Below, piece after piece: positions 26,697 through 35,430 of a stretch of 64,000 nt of DNA. The DNA is from Candidatus Omnitrophota bacterium (GTDB lineage Bacteria; Omnitrophota; Gorgyraeia; Gygaellales; Profunditerraquicolaceae). The translations under genes were made by a program, and so were the position numbers. The first letter of the stretch is position 1; each line of letters begins with the position of its first letter. The notes beneath the pieces were generated by a model. The model did no database searches and was not told where the DNA came from. It saw nothing but the letters and a program-made list of their open reading frames with translations. The DNA lies in NCBI GenBank assembly GCA_963805065.1, contig CAWDSS010000016.1, positions 65,084 to 129,083 on the forward strand. The letters are read 5' to 3'.

Positions 26697-27182
26697 ATGC
26701 GCGAATTGAATATTGAGCAACAGCCGGAATTGATTGAAAAGATAATTACCATTAACCGCGTATGCAAAGTAACTAAAGGTGGTAAAAAACTTCACTTTAG
26801 TGTTTTAGTAGTGGTAGGAGATACCAAGGGCAGAGTGGGTTTTGCGTTGGATAAAGCCAATGAAGTCGCAGATGCGATAAGAAAGTCTTTAACTAAGGCA
26901 AAGAAGTCACTGTTTAAGGTAACTATGGAGGGTTCGACTATCCCGCATGAAATAATCGGCCATTACGGGGCAGCAAAAGTGCTTTTGAAACCGGCTTCAG
27001 AAGGGACGGGAGTTATTGCGGCAGGACCCGTAAGAGCAATATGTGAGGCAGCCGGCATTAAGGATATATTGACGAAATGCCTTAAGTCAAACAACCCCAT
27101 AAATGTTATCAAGGCTACAGTTGACGGTCTTAAGAACTTGAAGGTAAACGAGGAAACAGTTAATGCAACCGAACAAAAATAA
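26697..27182 (+). CDS. rpsE: 30S ribosomal protein S5
   Basis: [24 protein letters not shown]...[12 protein letters not shown]. Confidence 0.95.
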   Translation: MRELNIEQQPELIEKIITINRVCKVTKGGKKLHFSVLVVVGDTKGRVGFALDKANEVADAIRKSLTKAKKSLFKVTMEGSTIPHEIIGHYGAAKVLLKPASEGTGVIAAGPVRAICEAAGIKDILTKCLKSNNPINVIKATVDGLKNLKVNEETVNATEQK

Positions 27183-27708
27183 AAATATTGAAAAGATTGA
27201 GCCTGTTGCCAGGTCTATCCGTAAGCTCAAGCGAGTTGCCGCTAAACTAGAGGTACGCCAAACCATCGGGCTTAATAATTTAAGAGCACCAGTGGGCGCG
27301 CATAAAAAGAAAAAGCTTTTAGGGAGAGGGTCTGGATCAGGGCATGGTAAAACTTCTACCAGAGGAAGCAAGGGCCAGACTTCGCGTGCAGGAAGGCATT
27401 TTTACCTGGGATTTGAAGGCGGCCAATCCCCGTTAGTCCGCAGGATCCCTAAGAGAGGTTTCACTAACAGGTTTAAGAAGGAATATCAAATCGTAAATTT
27501 AGACCAGCTTAATAACGTAAAGGAAGCTACAATTAACCCGGAATTGTTAGAGCAAAAAGGGTTGATTAAAGATAAGGCGAAGCTGGTTAAAATACTCGGG
27601 GACGGAAAGCTAAAAAATCCCATTAACGTTTCAGCGCACGCTTTTTCTAAAAAGGCCTCCCAGGAAATTAAAAATTCAGGCGGGACGGTAGAAGTCATAA
27701 ATGTTTAG
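27163..27708 (+). CDS. rplO: 50S ribosomal protein L15 (the ORF has a ~35-aa N-terminal extension; true start uncertain)
   Basis: [32 protein letters not shown]...[18 protein letters not shown]. It directly follows rpsE; no L30 gene lies between them. Confidence 0.85.
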   Translation: MQPNKNKNIEKIEPVARSIRKLKRVAAKLEVRQTIGLNNLRAPVGAHKKKKLLGRGSGSGHGKTSTRGSKGQTSRAGRHFYLGFEGGQSPLVRRIPKRGFTNRFKKEYQIVNLDQLNNVKEATINPELLEQKGLIKDKAKLVKILGDGKLKNPINVSAHAFSKKASQEIKNSGGTVEVINV

Positions 27709-29050
27709 CGCACTATATAACGCATTCAAGATTCCTGATTTAAAGAGGCGGTTGCTCATAACCGGCGCACTTATTGCGGTTTACCGCGTGGGCTGCTATA
27801 TACCAACCCCGGGTATCGACGGAACAGCATTAGCCGAATTCTTTAACCGTATTGCCAAGACCCAGGGCGGTACCATCTTTGGCATAATCAACATGTTTTC
27901 CGGCGGCGCTATGGAACGGCTGACTATTTTTGCCTTGGGTATTATGCCCTATATTTCCTCTTCAATTATCCTGCAGCTTTTAACTGCTGTTATACCGGCA
28001 TTAGAAAAGATGGCCAAAGAAGGCAAGGCAGGATACGAAAGGATAAATCAATATACGCGTTACGGAACAGTTGCTCTTTCTTTAATACAGTCATTTTTTA
28101 TTGCCCTGTGGCTGGAAAACCCTGCTCGTTTTGAGGGTTTGAAGATCGTTATGTATCCCGGATGGGGATTTAGGATCCTTACGGTCTTAACTTTGACTAC
28201 CGGCACAATATTCATCATGTGGCTGGGTGAACAGATTCAGGAAAGAGGTATAGGTAACGGTATATCTTTGGTTATTACCGCAGGTATTATCTCAAGGATT
28301 CCTGCAGCACTGCACCAGCTATTCATTTTGGTTTCTCCTTTTGCAGCGTCAAAGCGACAGATACAGCCATTTACTTTATTGATTATGGCAATATTGCTTG
28401 TGGTAGTGGTGTTTGCGGTTATTATGATAACTCAAGGGCAAAGAAAGATACCCGTGCAATATGCGCGAAGGATCGTAGGCAGAAAGATTTACGGTGGGCA
28501 ATCAACTTACATCCCTTTAAAAGTAGATACATCAGGAGTCATCGCCATAATTTTTGCCCAGTCAATTATTCTTTTCCCGGCGACAATGGCCTCATTTATC
28601 CCTAACCCGGCTTTCCAAAGGTTAGCGCAGAGCTTAATCAGGGGGCATTTACTTTATACGCTTATCTATGCGTTGTTGATTATTTTCTTCTGTTATTTTT
28701 ATACGGCTATTGTTTTTAACCCGCTGGATTTATCGGAAAACATGAAAAAATACGGCGGATTCATCCCGGGAATAAGGCCGGGTACTCCTACTGCCGAATT
28801 CCTGGATTTTGTAATGACCAGGATTACTTTGGCCGGAGCTGCCTTTATTGCGGTTATTGCTATATTGCCTGATTTTATAATGGCTACGCTTAAAGTCCCG
28901 TATTTGGTGGCTTCGTTCTTCGGCGGGACAGGCATCTTGATTATCATCGGCGTTATGCTGGATACTTTGAAACAAGTCGAGTCGCATTTGCTTACGCATC
29001 ATTACGAAGGTTTTATCAGGGGCGGCGGGCATATTAGAGGCAGGAGATAA
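27701..29050 (+). CDS. secY: Preprotein translocase subunit SecY
   Basis: 449 aa, 10-TM pattern: GIMPYISSSIILQLL, WLGEQIQERGIGNGISL. Confidence 0.95.
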   Translation: MFSALYNAFKIPDLKRRLLITGALIAVYRVGCYIPTPGIDGTALAEFFNRIAKTQGGTIFGIINMFSGGAMERLTIFALGIMPYISSSIILQLLTAVIPALEKMAKEGKAGYERINQYTRYGTVALSLIQSFFIALWLENPARFEGLKIVMYPGWGFRILTVLTLTTGTIFIMWLGEQIQERGIGNGISLVITAGIISRIPAALHQLFILVSPFAASKRQIQPFTLLIMAILLVVVVFAVIMITQGQRKIPVQYARRIVGRKIYGGQSTYIPLKVDTSGVIAIIFAQSIILFPATMASFIPNPAFQRLAQSLIRGHLLYTLIYALLIIFFCYFYTAIVFNPLDLSENMKKYGGFIPGIRPGTPTAEFLDFVMTRITLAGAAFIAVIAILPDFIMATLKVPYLVASFFGGTGILIIIGVMLDTLKQVESHLLTHHYEGFIRGGGHIRGRR

Positions 29051-29150
29051 AGTAAGGTAAAACGTAAAAGTAAAAAGGCAAAACTGCAACGTAAAACTAA
29101 AAACGTTTTAAGTTAAAGTTTTGACTTTTGGCTTTTGACTTTTGAGTTTA
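29051..29150. repeat. Heptamer-array palindrome: ~8 A-rich heptamers (TAAAACG/TAAAAGT type), then 4 T-rich heptamers (CTTTTGA/CTTTTGG)
   Basis: Read directly. The centre is the perfect palindrome AAAACGTTTT (29100-29109). T-rich units lie at 29118-29145. Confidence 0.8.
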
Positions 29151-29161
29151 TCGGATTTTTT

Positions 29162-29827
29162 ATGAACATTATACTATTAGGTCCTCCGGGAGCGGGCAAA
29201 GGCACTCAATCAGTAAGGTTAGCGCAGGAGTTAGGTTTAGCTCATATTGCCACAGGAGATTTGTTACGTAAGAACGTAAGAGAAGGCACTCAGCTTGGCA
29301 AACAGGCAAAAGATTTCATGGATAAAGGCCTGCTCGTCCCCGACGAACTGGTCGCCAAAATGCTTAAAGAAAGGTTTGATAACCCCGATGTAAAAAATGG
29401 GTTTATCCTTGACGGTTATCCGCGTAACATCAATCAGGCAAAGACGCTGGATAGCTTATTGAGGTCCGCTAATTTGACGATAGATTTGGTAGTTTATTTA
29501 GATTCAAGCGAAAAGGTTATTCTAACGCGGCTTACCGGGCGTTTAGTCTGCAGTAATTGCGGCGCAAATTTTCATATCAAAAATATGCCGCCTAAAGTTG
29601 AAGGCACCTGCGATAAGTGCGGGGGTGCGCTTTATCAAAGGGCAGATGATTTAGAAGAAACAGTAAGGCAACGTCTTAAGGTTTATAAGCAGGAAACCGC
29701 TTCGCTGATAAAATACTACGAATCTGAAAACAAGCTGCATCGTTTATCAGCGGACGGTGATGCAAGCGAGGTCTTGAAACAAATTATTCAGCTGGCTAAC
29801 AATAGAAATGATTCCCTTAAAGTCTGA
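29162..29827 (+). CDS. adk: Adenylate kinase (zinc-lid type)
   Basis: MNIILLGPPGAGKGTQ...CSNCGANFH...CDKCGG. The upstream part of ORF 29135 is translated repeat. Confidence 0.9.
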   Translation: MNIILLGPPGAGKGTQSVRLAQELGLAHIATGDLLRKNVREGTQLGKQAKDFMDKGLLVPDELVAKMLKERFDNPDVKNGFILDGYPRNINQAKTLDSLLRSANLTIDLVVYLDSSEKVILTRLTGRLVCSNCGANFHIKNMPPKVEGTCDKCGGALYQRADDLEETVRQRLKVYKQETASLIKYYESENKLHRLSADGDASEVLKQIIQLANNRNDSLKV

Positions 29828-30551
29828 AGAAGACTTAGAGATGCTAAGAAAATCAGGTAAGATTTTGGCTGGAGTGCTTAAGAAGTTGGAAGGATATGTT
29901 TTGCCGGGGATTACAACCGAACAGATTAATATTCTGGCTGAAAAATTCCTGGCTAAAGAAAATGCAAAACCGGCTTTTAAGGGTTACAGGGGTTTTCCTG
30001 CCAGTATCTGCACTTCAATAAACGCAGAAATAGTGCATGGAATTCCCGGCCCGGTAAAGATTAAAGAGGGAGATATTATTAGTTTGGATTTCGGAGTAAA
30101 TTATAAGGGTTATTTTTCCGATGCGGCAGTCACCGTTGCGGTGGGTAAGATTGATGCCGGGAAGAAAAAACTTATTGAAGTAACCAAAGAAGCGCTATCA
30201 ATGGGAATAAAACAAGCACGCGTTGATAATCATTTGTCGGATATATCAGCCAGCATCCAAGGTCACGTAGAAAAGAACGGATTTTCTGTTGTCAGGCAAT
30301 TTGTGGGGCACGGCATAGGCAAGGAATTGCATGAGGAGCCGGAGATTCCCAACTTCGGGAAACCTCACGAAGGGTGTGTTTTAAGAAAGGGAATGGTTTT
30401 GGCAATTGAGCCTATGGTGAACATGGGCACATGGGAGGCGGAAATTCTGGATAATGGCTGGACTGCAGTGACAAAAGACAGGCTGCCTTCGGCGCATTTT
30501 GAGCATACAGTGGCAATTACCGATGATGGGGCTGAAATTTTAACAAACTAA
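29808..30551 (+). CDS. map: Methionine aminopeptidase type I
   Basis: [50 protein letters not shown]. Confidence 0.9.
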   Translation: MIPLKSEEDLEMLRKSGKILAGVLKKLEGYVLPGITTEQINILAEKFLAKENAKPAFKGYRGFPASICTSINAEIVHGIPGPVKIKEGDIISLDFGVNYKGYFSDAAVTVAVGKIDAGKKKLIEVTKEALSMGIKQARVDNHLSDISASIQGHVEKNGFSVVRQFVGHGIGKELHEEPEIPNFGKPHEGCVLRKGMVLAIEPMVNMGTWEAEILDNGWTAVTKDRLPSAHFEHTVAITDDGAEILTN

Positions 30552-30559
30552 TAAAAAAT

Positions 30560-30778
30560 ATGGCCAAAGAAGAGCTGATTGAAACAGAAGGAAAAATTAT
30601 AGAGGCTTTACCTAATGCAATGTTTAAAGTAGAACTGGAGAATGGACACGTAGTATTAGCGCACGTTTCTGGAAAAATGCGCATGAATTTTATAAGGATA
30701 TTACCGGGAGATAAAGTAAAGTTGGAACTTTCTCCCTATGATTTAACGAGAGGAAGAATTACCTTTAGGGTAAAATAA
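30560..30778 (+). CDS. infA: Translation initiation factor IF-1
   Basis: [41 protein letters not shown]... Confidence 0.95.
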   Translation: MAKEELIETEGKIIEALPNAMFKVELENGHVVLAHVSGKMRMNFIRILPGDKVKLELSPYDLTRGRITFRVK

Positions 30779-30790
30779 ACGAGAGTGTGA

Positions 30791-30870
30791 ACCCCGCACC
30801 TTCTAGAAATTTAGTTATTTATAGAATAATAGATGTGCAGGGTTGGTGAATAGGAAAGAAGGTGCGGGGT
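30791..30870 (+). promoter_or_regulatory. 14-bp perfect inverted repeat whose 3' arm covers the rpmJ SD region and the first two bases of its GTG start
   Basis: ACCCCGCACCTTCT (30791-30804) pairs with AGAAGGTGCGGGGT (30857-30870). 52-nt AT-rich loop. The rpmJ GTG is at 30869. Confidence 0.6.
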
Positions 30871-30982
30871 GAAAGTAAAAGCATCGGTGAGAAAAATCTG
30901 CGATAAGTGCAAAGTTATTAAAAGAAGAGGTGTGGTGAGAGTAATTTGCATTAATCCTAAACATAAGCAGAGACAAGGTTAA
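30869..30982 (+). CDS. rpmJ: 50S ribosomal protein L36 (GTG start; below the ORF-track size cutoff)
   Basis: [37 protein letters not shown], then TAA. Canonical position between infA and rpsM. Confidence 0.9.
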   Translation: MKVKASVRKICDKCKVIKRRGVVRVICINPKHKQRQG

Positions 30983-30994
30983 TAGGAGAGATAT

Positions 30995-31412
<418 letters not shown>

Positions 31413-31429
31413 GCAAAGAAGAGGAGAAT

Positions 31430-31819
31430 ATGGCGACACAAGATAAGGCAAAAAAGAAAAAATTAGCCAAAGGAGTAACTTCAGGCATCGCTCATATACA
31501 GGCTAGTTTTAATAACACTATAATTACAATTACCGATAAACAAGGCAATGTAATGGTTTGGTCTGCGCCTGGTATCGTAGGTTACAGCGGTTCAAAAAAA
31601 TCCACTCCCTTTGCCGCGCAGGTGGCAGCATCTGACGCAGCCAGAAAGGCAAAGGAAATAGGCATTAAGGAAGTTGAAGTATGCGTAAAAGGCCCGGGGT
31701 TCGGCAGAGAATCTGCAATCAGGGCTTTACAGGCATCAGGATTGACCATTACTTCAATTAAAGATGTGACTCCTATCCCGCATAACGGTTGTCGTCCAAA
31801 GAAGAAAAGGAGAGTGTAA
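31430..31819 (+). CDS. rpsK: 30S ribosomal protein S11
   Basis: [18 protein letters not shown]...[16 protein letters not shown]. Confidence 0.95.
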   Translation: MATQDKAKKKKLAKGVTSGIAHIQASFNNTIITITDKQGNVMVWSAPGIVGYSGSKKSTPFAAQVAASDAARKAKEIGIKEVEVCVKGPGFGRESAIRALQASGLTITSIKDVTPIPHNGCRPKKKRRV

Positions 31820-31822
31820 TAA

Positions 31823-32454
31823 ATGGCTAGATACATTGATGCAGTCTGCAGATTGTGCCGTTCGCGAGGGAGAGAAATTGTTTTTAAAAGGCACAAAATG
31901 CTTTACCGAAAAATGCCCGGTGGCAAAAAGGGCGTATCCGCCAGGACAGCACGGAGAAAAATCGCAGGCCTAAACTATCCAACTACGGCCTGCAGCTAAG
32001 GGAAAAACAGAAAGTAAAAAGGATTTATGGGGTCTTGGAAAGGCAATTCCGCAAGTATTTTAAAATAGCATCTAAAACAAAAGGCGTAACCGGCAAGGTA
32101 TTGCTGCAGATGTTGGAGAGAAGGCTGGATAACGTAATTTTCCGTATGGGCCTTGCCATATCAAGGTCACAGGCAAGGCAGATAGTCCGCCATAACTAAA
32201 TCCATGTAAATAACCACAGGGTTAATATACCGTCTTATTTGGTTGACAAAGACGATACAATCTTCGTAAAGACCAAAGACAAAGCCCTTAAGAAGCTTAA
32301 AGAGAATCTTGAGGTATCAAAAGACAGGACAGTGCCTGCATGGTTAGAATTTAACCGTAATGACTTAAGCGCAAAAGTTCTCAGGCTGCCGGAAAAAGAC
32401 GATATCTCAATGCCGATTCAAGAGCAGCTGATCGTAGAGTTGTATTCTAAGTAG
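31823..32454 (+). pseudogene. rpsD: 30S ribosomal protein S4, two frameshifts (~31868, ~31972) plus an in-frame TAA at 32197-32199
   Basis: [77 protein letters not shown]...ARQIVRHN, then TAA, then IHVNNHRVNIPSYLV...EQLIVELYSK. Confidence 0.85.
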
Positions 32455-32504
32455 CTTTCAGCTGTCAGTTTTTATCTAAAAGACTGACGACTGAAGACTG
32501 AAAG
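32455..32504 (+). repeat. Hairpin built from CTGAAAG-family heptamers between rpsD and rpoA (possible terminator or attenuator)
   Basis: CTTTCAG CTGTCAG (32455-68), a 13-nt loop, then CTGACGA CTGAAGA CTGAAAG (32484-504). The outer heptamers are exact reverse complements of each other. Confidence 0.7.
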
Positions 32505-32536
32505 CTAAAGAGGTTATTAATCATAGGAGGAAATAG

Positions 32537-33529
32537 ATGGGTATAAAATGGAGAGATTTTCAGCTACCGAAAAGATTGGAATGTGATGAGTCTACTTATA
32601 CCGCTACCTACGGAAAATTTTCCGCTGCTCCTTTTGAAAGGGGTTATGGTGTGACAATGGGTAATTCTTTGAGGCGCGTTTTACTTTCTTCAATAGAAGG
32701 AAGCGCGGTAACCTCCGTAAAATTTATTGGCGCTGCGCATGAGTTTTCCAACATCCCCGGAGTCCTTGAGGATGTCCCGGAGATAATCCTGAATATAAAA
32801 AATTTGGTTTTGAATTCGCATTCCAAGATCCCCAAGACCATCTATATCAAGGAAGACTCCAAAGGAGAAGTAAAAGCAAAAGATATAGATGTTGACGAGA
32901 CGATTGAAATAATAAACCCGGATTTGCATATCGCTACCCTCACCAAAGACGTAAAATTGAACGTTGAAATGGAAGTTTCCAGGGGCAGGGGTTATGTGCC
33001 GGCGGAGTTGAACAAGAAAGAAGAGAAAACAATAGGCGTAATCCCTATCGATTCCATATTTACTCCCGTAAGGAAAGTAAATTTCAGCATTGAGAATACC
33101 CGCGTGGGACAAAGGACGGATTACGATAAGCTAATACTTGAAATTTGGACAAACGGCGCAATAAGCCCCAAAGACGCATTATTATATGCGTCTAATATTT
33201 TGCAAAGGCACTTGGATATATTCGTTAATTTCGGCCAGCTTCCCGAAGATGTTGCGGAGGAAGAACCGGAAATGACCAAGGAAGAAATTGCCCTCTATGA
33301 AAAACTGAGGCTTCCCATATCAGAGCTTGAATTATCCGTCAGGAGCTCTAACTGCCTAAGGGAAGCAGGGATTAAAATAATCTCGGATCTTGTCAGAAAG
33401 ACAGAAGATGAAATGCTAAGCTTTAAAAATTTCGGGAAGAAATCGTTAAACGAGATAAAAGAACTTTTGGCAGGTTTAGGTTTAACTTTAGGCATGCAGG
33501 TTGATCCCAAAAAACTAAAAAAGGGTTAA
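32537..33529 (+). CDS. rpoA: DNA-directed RNA polymerase alpha subunit
   Basis: GNSLRRVLLSSIEGSAV...ELELSVRSSNCLREAGI. Confidence 0.95.
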   Translation: MGIKWRDFQLPKRLECDESTYTATYGKFSAAPFERGYGVTMGNSLRRVLLSSIEGSAVTSVKFIGAAHEFSNIPGVLEDVPEIILNIKNLVLNSHSKIPKTIYIKEDSKGEVKAKDIDVDETIEIINPDLHIATLTKDVKLNVEMEVSRGRGYVPAELNKKEEKTIGVIPIDSIFTPVRKVNFSIENTRVGQRTDYDKLILEIWTNGAISPKDALLYASNILQRHLDIFVNFGQLPEDVAEEEPEMTKEEIALYEKLRLPISELELSVRSSNCLREAGIKIISDLVRKTEDEMLSFKNFGKKSLNEIKELLAGLGLTLGMQVDPKKLKKG

Positions 33530-33532
33530 TTC

Positions 33533-34096
33533 ATGAGACATGGTAAGAAAAGATATCAATTAAACCGTTTCACCAGCTGGCATAAAAGCACCATAAATAG
33601 CCTGGCGCGAAATCTGCTAATCCATCAGAGGATACAAACTACTTTAACCAGGGCTAAAGCAGTAAGGCCATTGGCAGAAAAGCTCATTTCGCTTGCCAAG
33701 GAAAACTCACTGGCTGCAAAAAGGCAAGCTGTCAAGGTCTTAGGCGAACATAAGTTAGTCAGTATCTTGTTCAATGATATCGGGCCGCGTTTTAAGGATA
33801 GGGCTAGCGGTTTTACCAGGATTATACATTTGGGTGTCAGGCGGGGAGATGACGCAACATTGGCAATTTTAGAGCTTACTGAAATAAAAGAAAAGAAAAA
33901 GCCGGTTCACAAGAAAGAAAAAGAAACAAAGACGCAAGAAGACGTTGCTCAGGAAATGCCGCCAGTAGAAGAAAAAAAGCCGCAGATTCCTGAGGCTCCC
34001 AAAGAGAAAGAAAAACCTCCAGTTACCAAAAAACCCACTAAGAAGTTCCTGGGTGGCATAAGAGGCATATTCAAGAAACAAAGAGACTCCTTGTAA
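33533..34096 (+). CDS. rplQ: 50S ribosomal protein L17 with a ~65-aa K/E/P-rich C-terminal tail
   Basis: MRHGKKRYQLNRFTSWHKS...RGDDATLAILEL, then KEKKKPVHKKEKETK... Confidence 0.9.
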   Translation: MRHGKKRYQLNRFTSWHKSTINSLARNLLIHQRIQTTLTRAKAVRPLAEKLISLAKENSLAAKRQAVKVLGEHKLVSILFNDIGPRFKDRASGFTRIIHLGVRRGDDATLAILELTEIKEKKKPVHKKEKETKTQEDVAQEMPPVEEKKPQIPEAPKEKEKPPVTKKPTKKFLGGIRGIFKKQRDSL

Positions 34097-34102
34097 AATA
34101 GA

Positions 34103-34154
34103 GGGGACGTTTCTATTTTTTATGAGAAAAACTATATAAAATAGAAACGTCCCC
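34103..34154 (+). terminator. Intrinsic-terminator-like hairpin, copy 2 of the GGGGACGTTTCTATTTT element
   Basis: GGGGACGTTTCTATTTT (34103-19) pairs with AAAATAGAAACGTCCCC (34138-54). 18-nt loop, then ATTATTTTTTT. Starts 7 nt after the rplQ stop. Confidence 0.7.
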
Positions 34155-34185
34155 ATTATTTTTTTGGTAATTGGTTATTTTATTT

Positions 34186-34214
34186 TTGGACTTATTTAAA
34201 ATTCGTTGTATAAT
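34186..34214 (+). promoter_or_regulatory. Sigma70-like promoter of aspC, predicting a leaderless or near-leaderless mRNA
   Basis: TTGGAC (34186-91), 17-nt spacer, TATAAT (34209-14). The ATG at 34223 is only 8 nt after the -10 box and has no SD. Confidence 0.5.
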
Positions 34215-34222
34215 ATAATGCT

Positions 34223-35413
34223 ATGCAGATAGATACAATACTTGCAGATCGCATTAAAAGGATAAATCCTTCCTCAACCCTGGTCATTACCTCAAGGGCA
34301 AAAAAGCTAAAAGCCGAAGGCAAGGATATAGTCAATTTTGCCGCGGGTGAGCCGGATTTTGACACCCCTGGTTTTATTAAGGGTGCTGCCATTGAAGCGA
34401 TAAAAGCAGGTTTTACTAAATATACCCCTACCACAGGTATCTTAGAGCTAAAGAAATTAATCTGCGATAAATTTCAGAAAGATAATCAGCTTAAATTTAC
34501 TCCTGAACAAATAGTAGTTTCCTGTGGCGCAAAGCACAGCATTTTTAATGCCTTGTTTGTGCTGGTTAACCAGGGCGATGAGGTTTTAATTCCCTGTCCG
34601 TATTGGGTAAGTTACCCTGAAATGGTGAATCTTTGCGAAGGCGTTCCTGTTTTTATTCCTACTGCTTCGAAAAATAATTTTAAGATTACAGCCGCTGATT
34701 TAAAAAAACATATTAGCAAAAAAACCAAGCTACTTATACTAAACAGTCCTTCAAATCCTACCGGTTGCGTATATAAAGAAGATGAACTTAAGGCAATTGC
34801 GGACATTTGCGTTGATAATAAAATTTTCATCATCAGCGATGAAATATATGAAAAACTTATCTATGATAATTTAAAACACGTTTCCATTGCATCGTTTAAT
34901 AAGAGTATCTGTGATTTAACCATTACTGTTAATGGTATGTCAAAAAGTTATTCCATGACCGGCTGGCGCATAGGTTACCTGGGAGCTGCTCCTGTTATAG
35001 CTGAGGCAGTAGCGAGACTTCAGGACCACTCTACTTCAAACCCTAATTCCATCGCCCAAAAGGCAGCTGTAGCCGCATTAAGTGCCTCTGGTGACTTTAC
35101 GAAAAAAATCTGCTGTGAATTCCAGAAAAGAAGGGATTTTGCAGTTAGCCGTTTAAAGAAAATAGAAAAACTGGACGTAGTTGTGCCGCAGGGAGCATTT
35201 TATATTTTTTGTAACATTGCTAAGACAGGTTTGGATTCCTCAACCTTTGCCCAGCGGCTGCTGGAGGAGAAATTTGTCAGCCTCATCCCGGGCAATGGTT
35301 TTGGCAGGGATGATTATGTGCGCATCAGTTTTACTACCAGCGTTGAGCAGATAGAAAAAGGGTTAGAGAGAATGGAAGATTGGCTCAATTTTTGTCTGAA
35401 AGCTGAAAGCTGA
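34223..35413 (+). CDS. aspC: Aspartate/aromatic aminotransferase (class I PLP enzyme)
   Basis: NFAAGEPDFDTP, NSPSNPTG, SKSYSMTGWRIGY. Confidence 0.85.
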   Translation: MQIDTILADRIKRINPSSTLVITSRAKKLKAEGKDIVNFAAGEPDFDTPGFIKGAAIEAIKAGFTKYTPTTGILELKKLICDKFQKDNQLKFTPEQIVVSCGAKHSIFNALFVLVNQGDEVLIPCPYWVSYPEMVNLCEGVPVFIPTASKNNFKITAADLKKHISKKTKLLILNSPSNPTGCVYKEDELKAIADICVDNKIFIISDEIYEKLIYDNLKHVSIASFNKSICDLTITVNGMSKSYSMTGWRIGYLGAAPVIAEAVARLQDHSTSNPNSIAQKAAVAALSASGDFTKKICCEFQKRRDFAVSRLKKIEKLDVVVPQGAFYIFCNIAKTGLDSSTFAQRLLEEKFVSLIPGNGFGRDDYVRISFTTSVEQIEKGLERMEDWLNFCLKAES

Positions 35414-35430
35414 CGACTGAAAACTAAAAA
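35396..35430 (+). repeat. Five tandem CTGAAAG-family heptamers spanning the aspC stop and ending at the next gene's ATG
   Basis: ctgaaag ctgaaag ctgacga ctgaaaa ctaaaaa. The last codons of aspC (LKAES, then stop) are encoded by the repeat. Confidence 0.8.

Noticed and set aside
29051-29150. Possible CRISPR array in the repeat-rich spacers (29.1 kb, 60.4 kb).
   Set aside because: The units are 7 nt long and directly abutting, with no spacers. No cas genes are present. The size and architecture are wrong for CRISPR.
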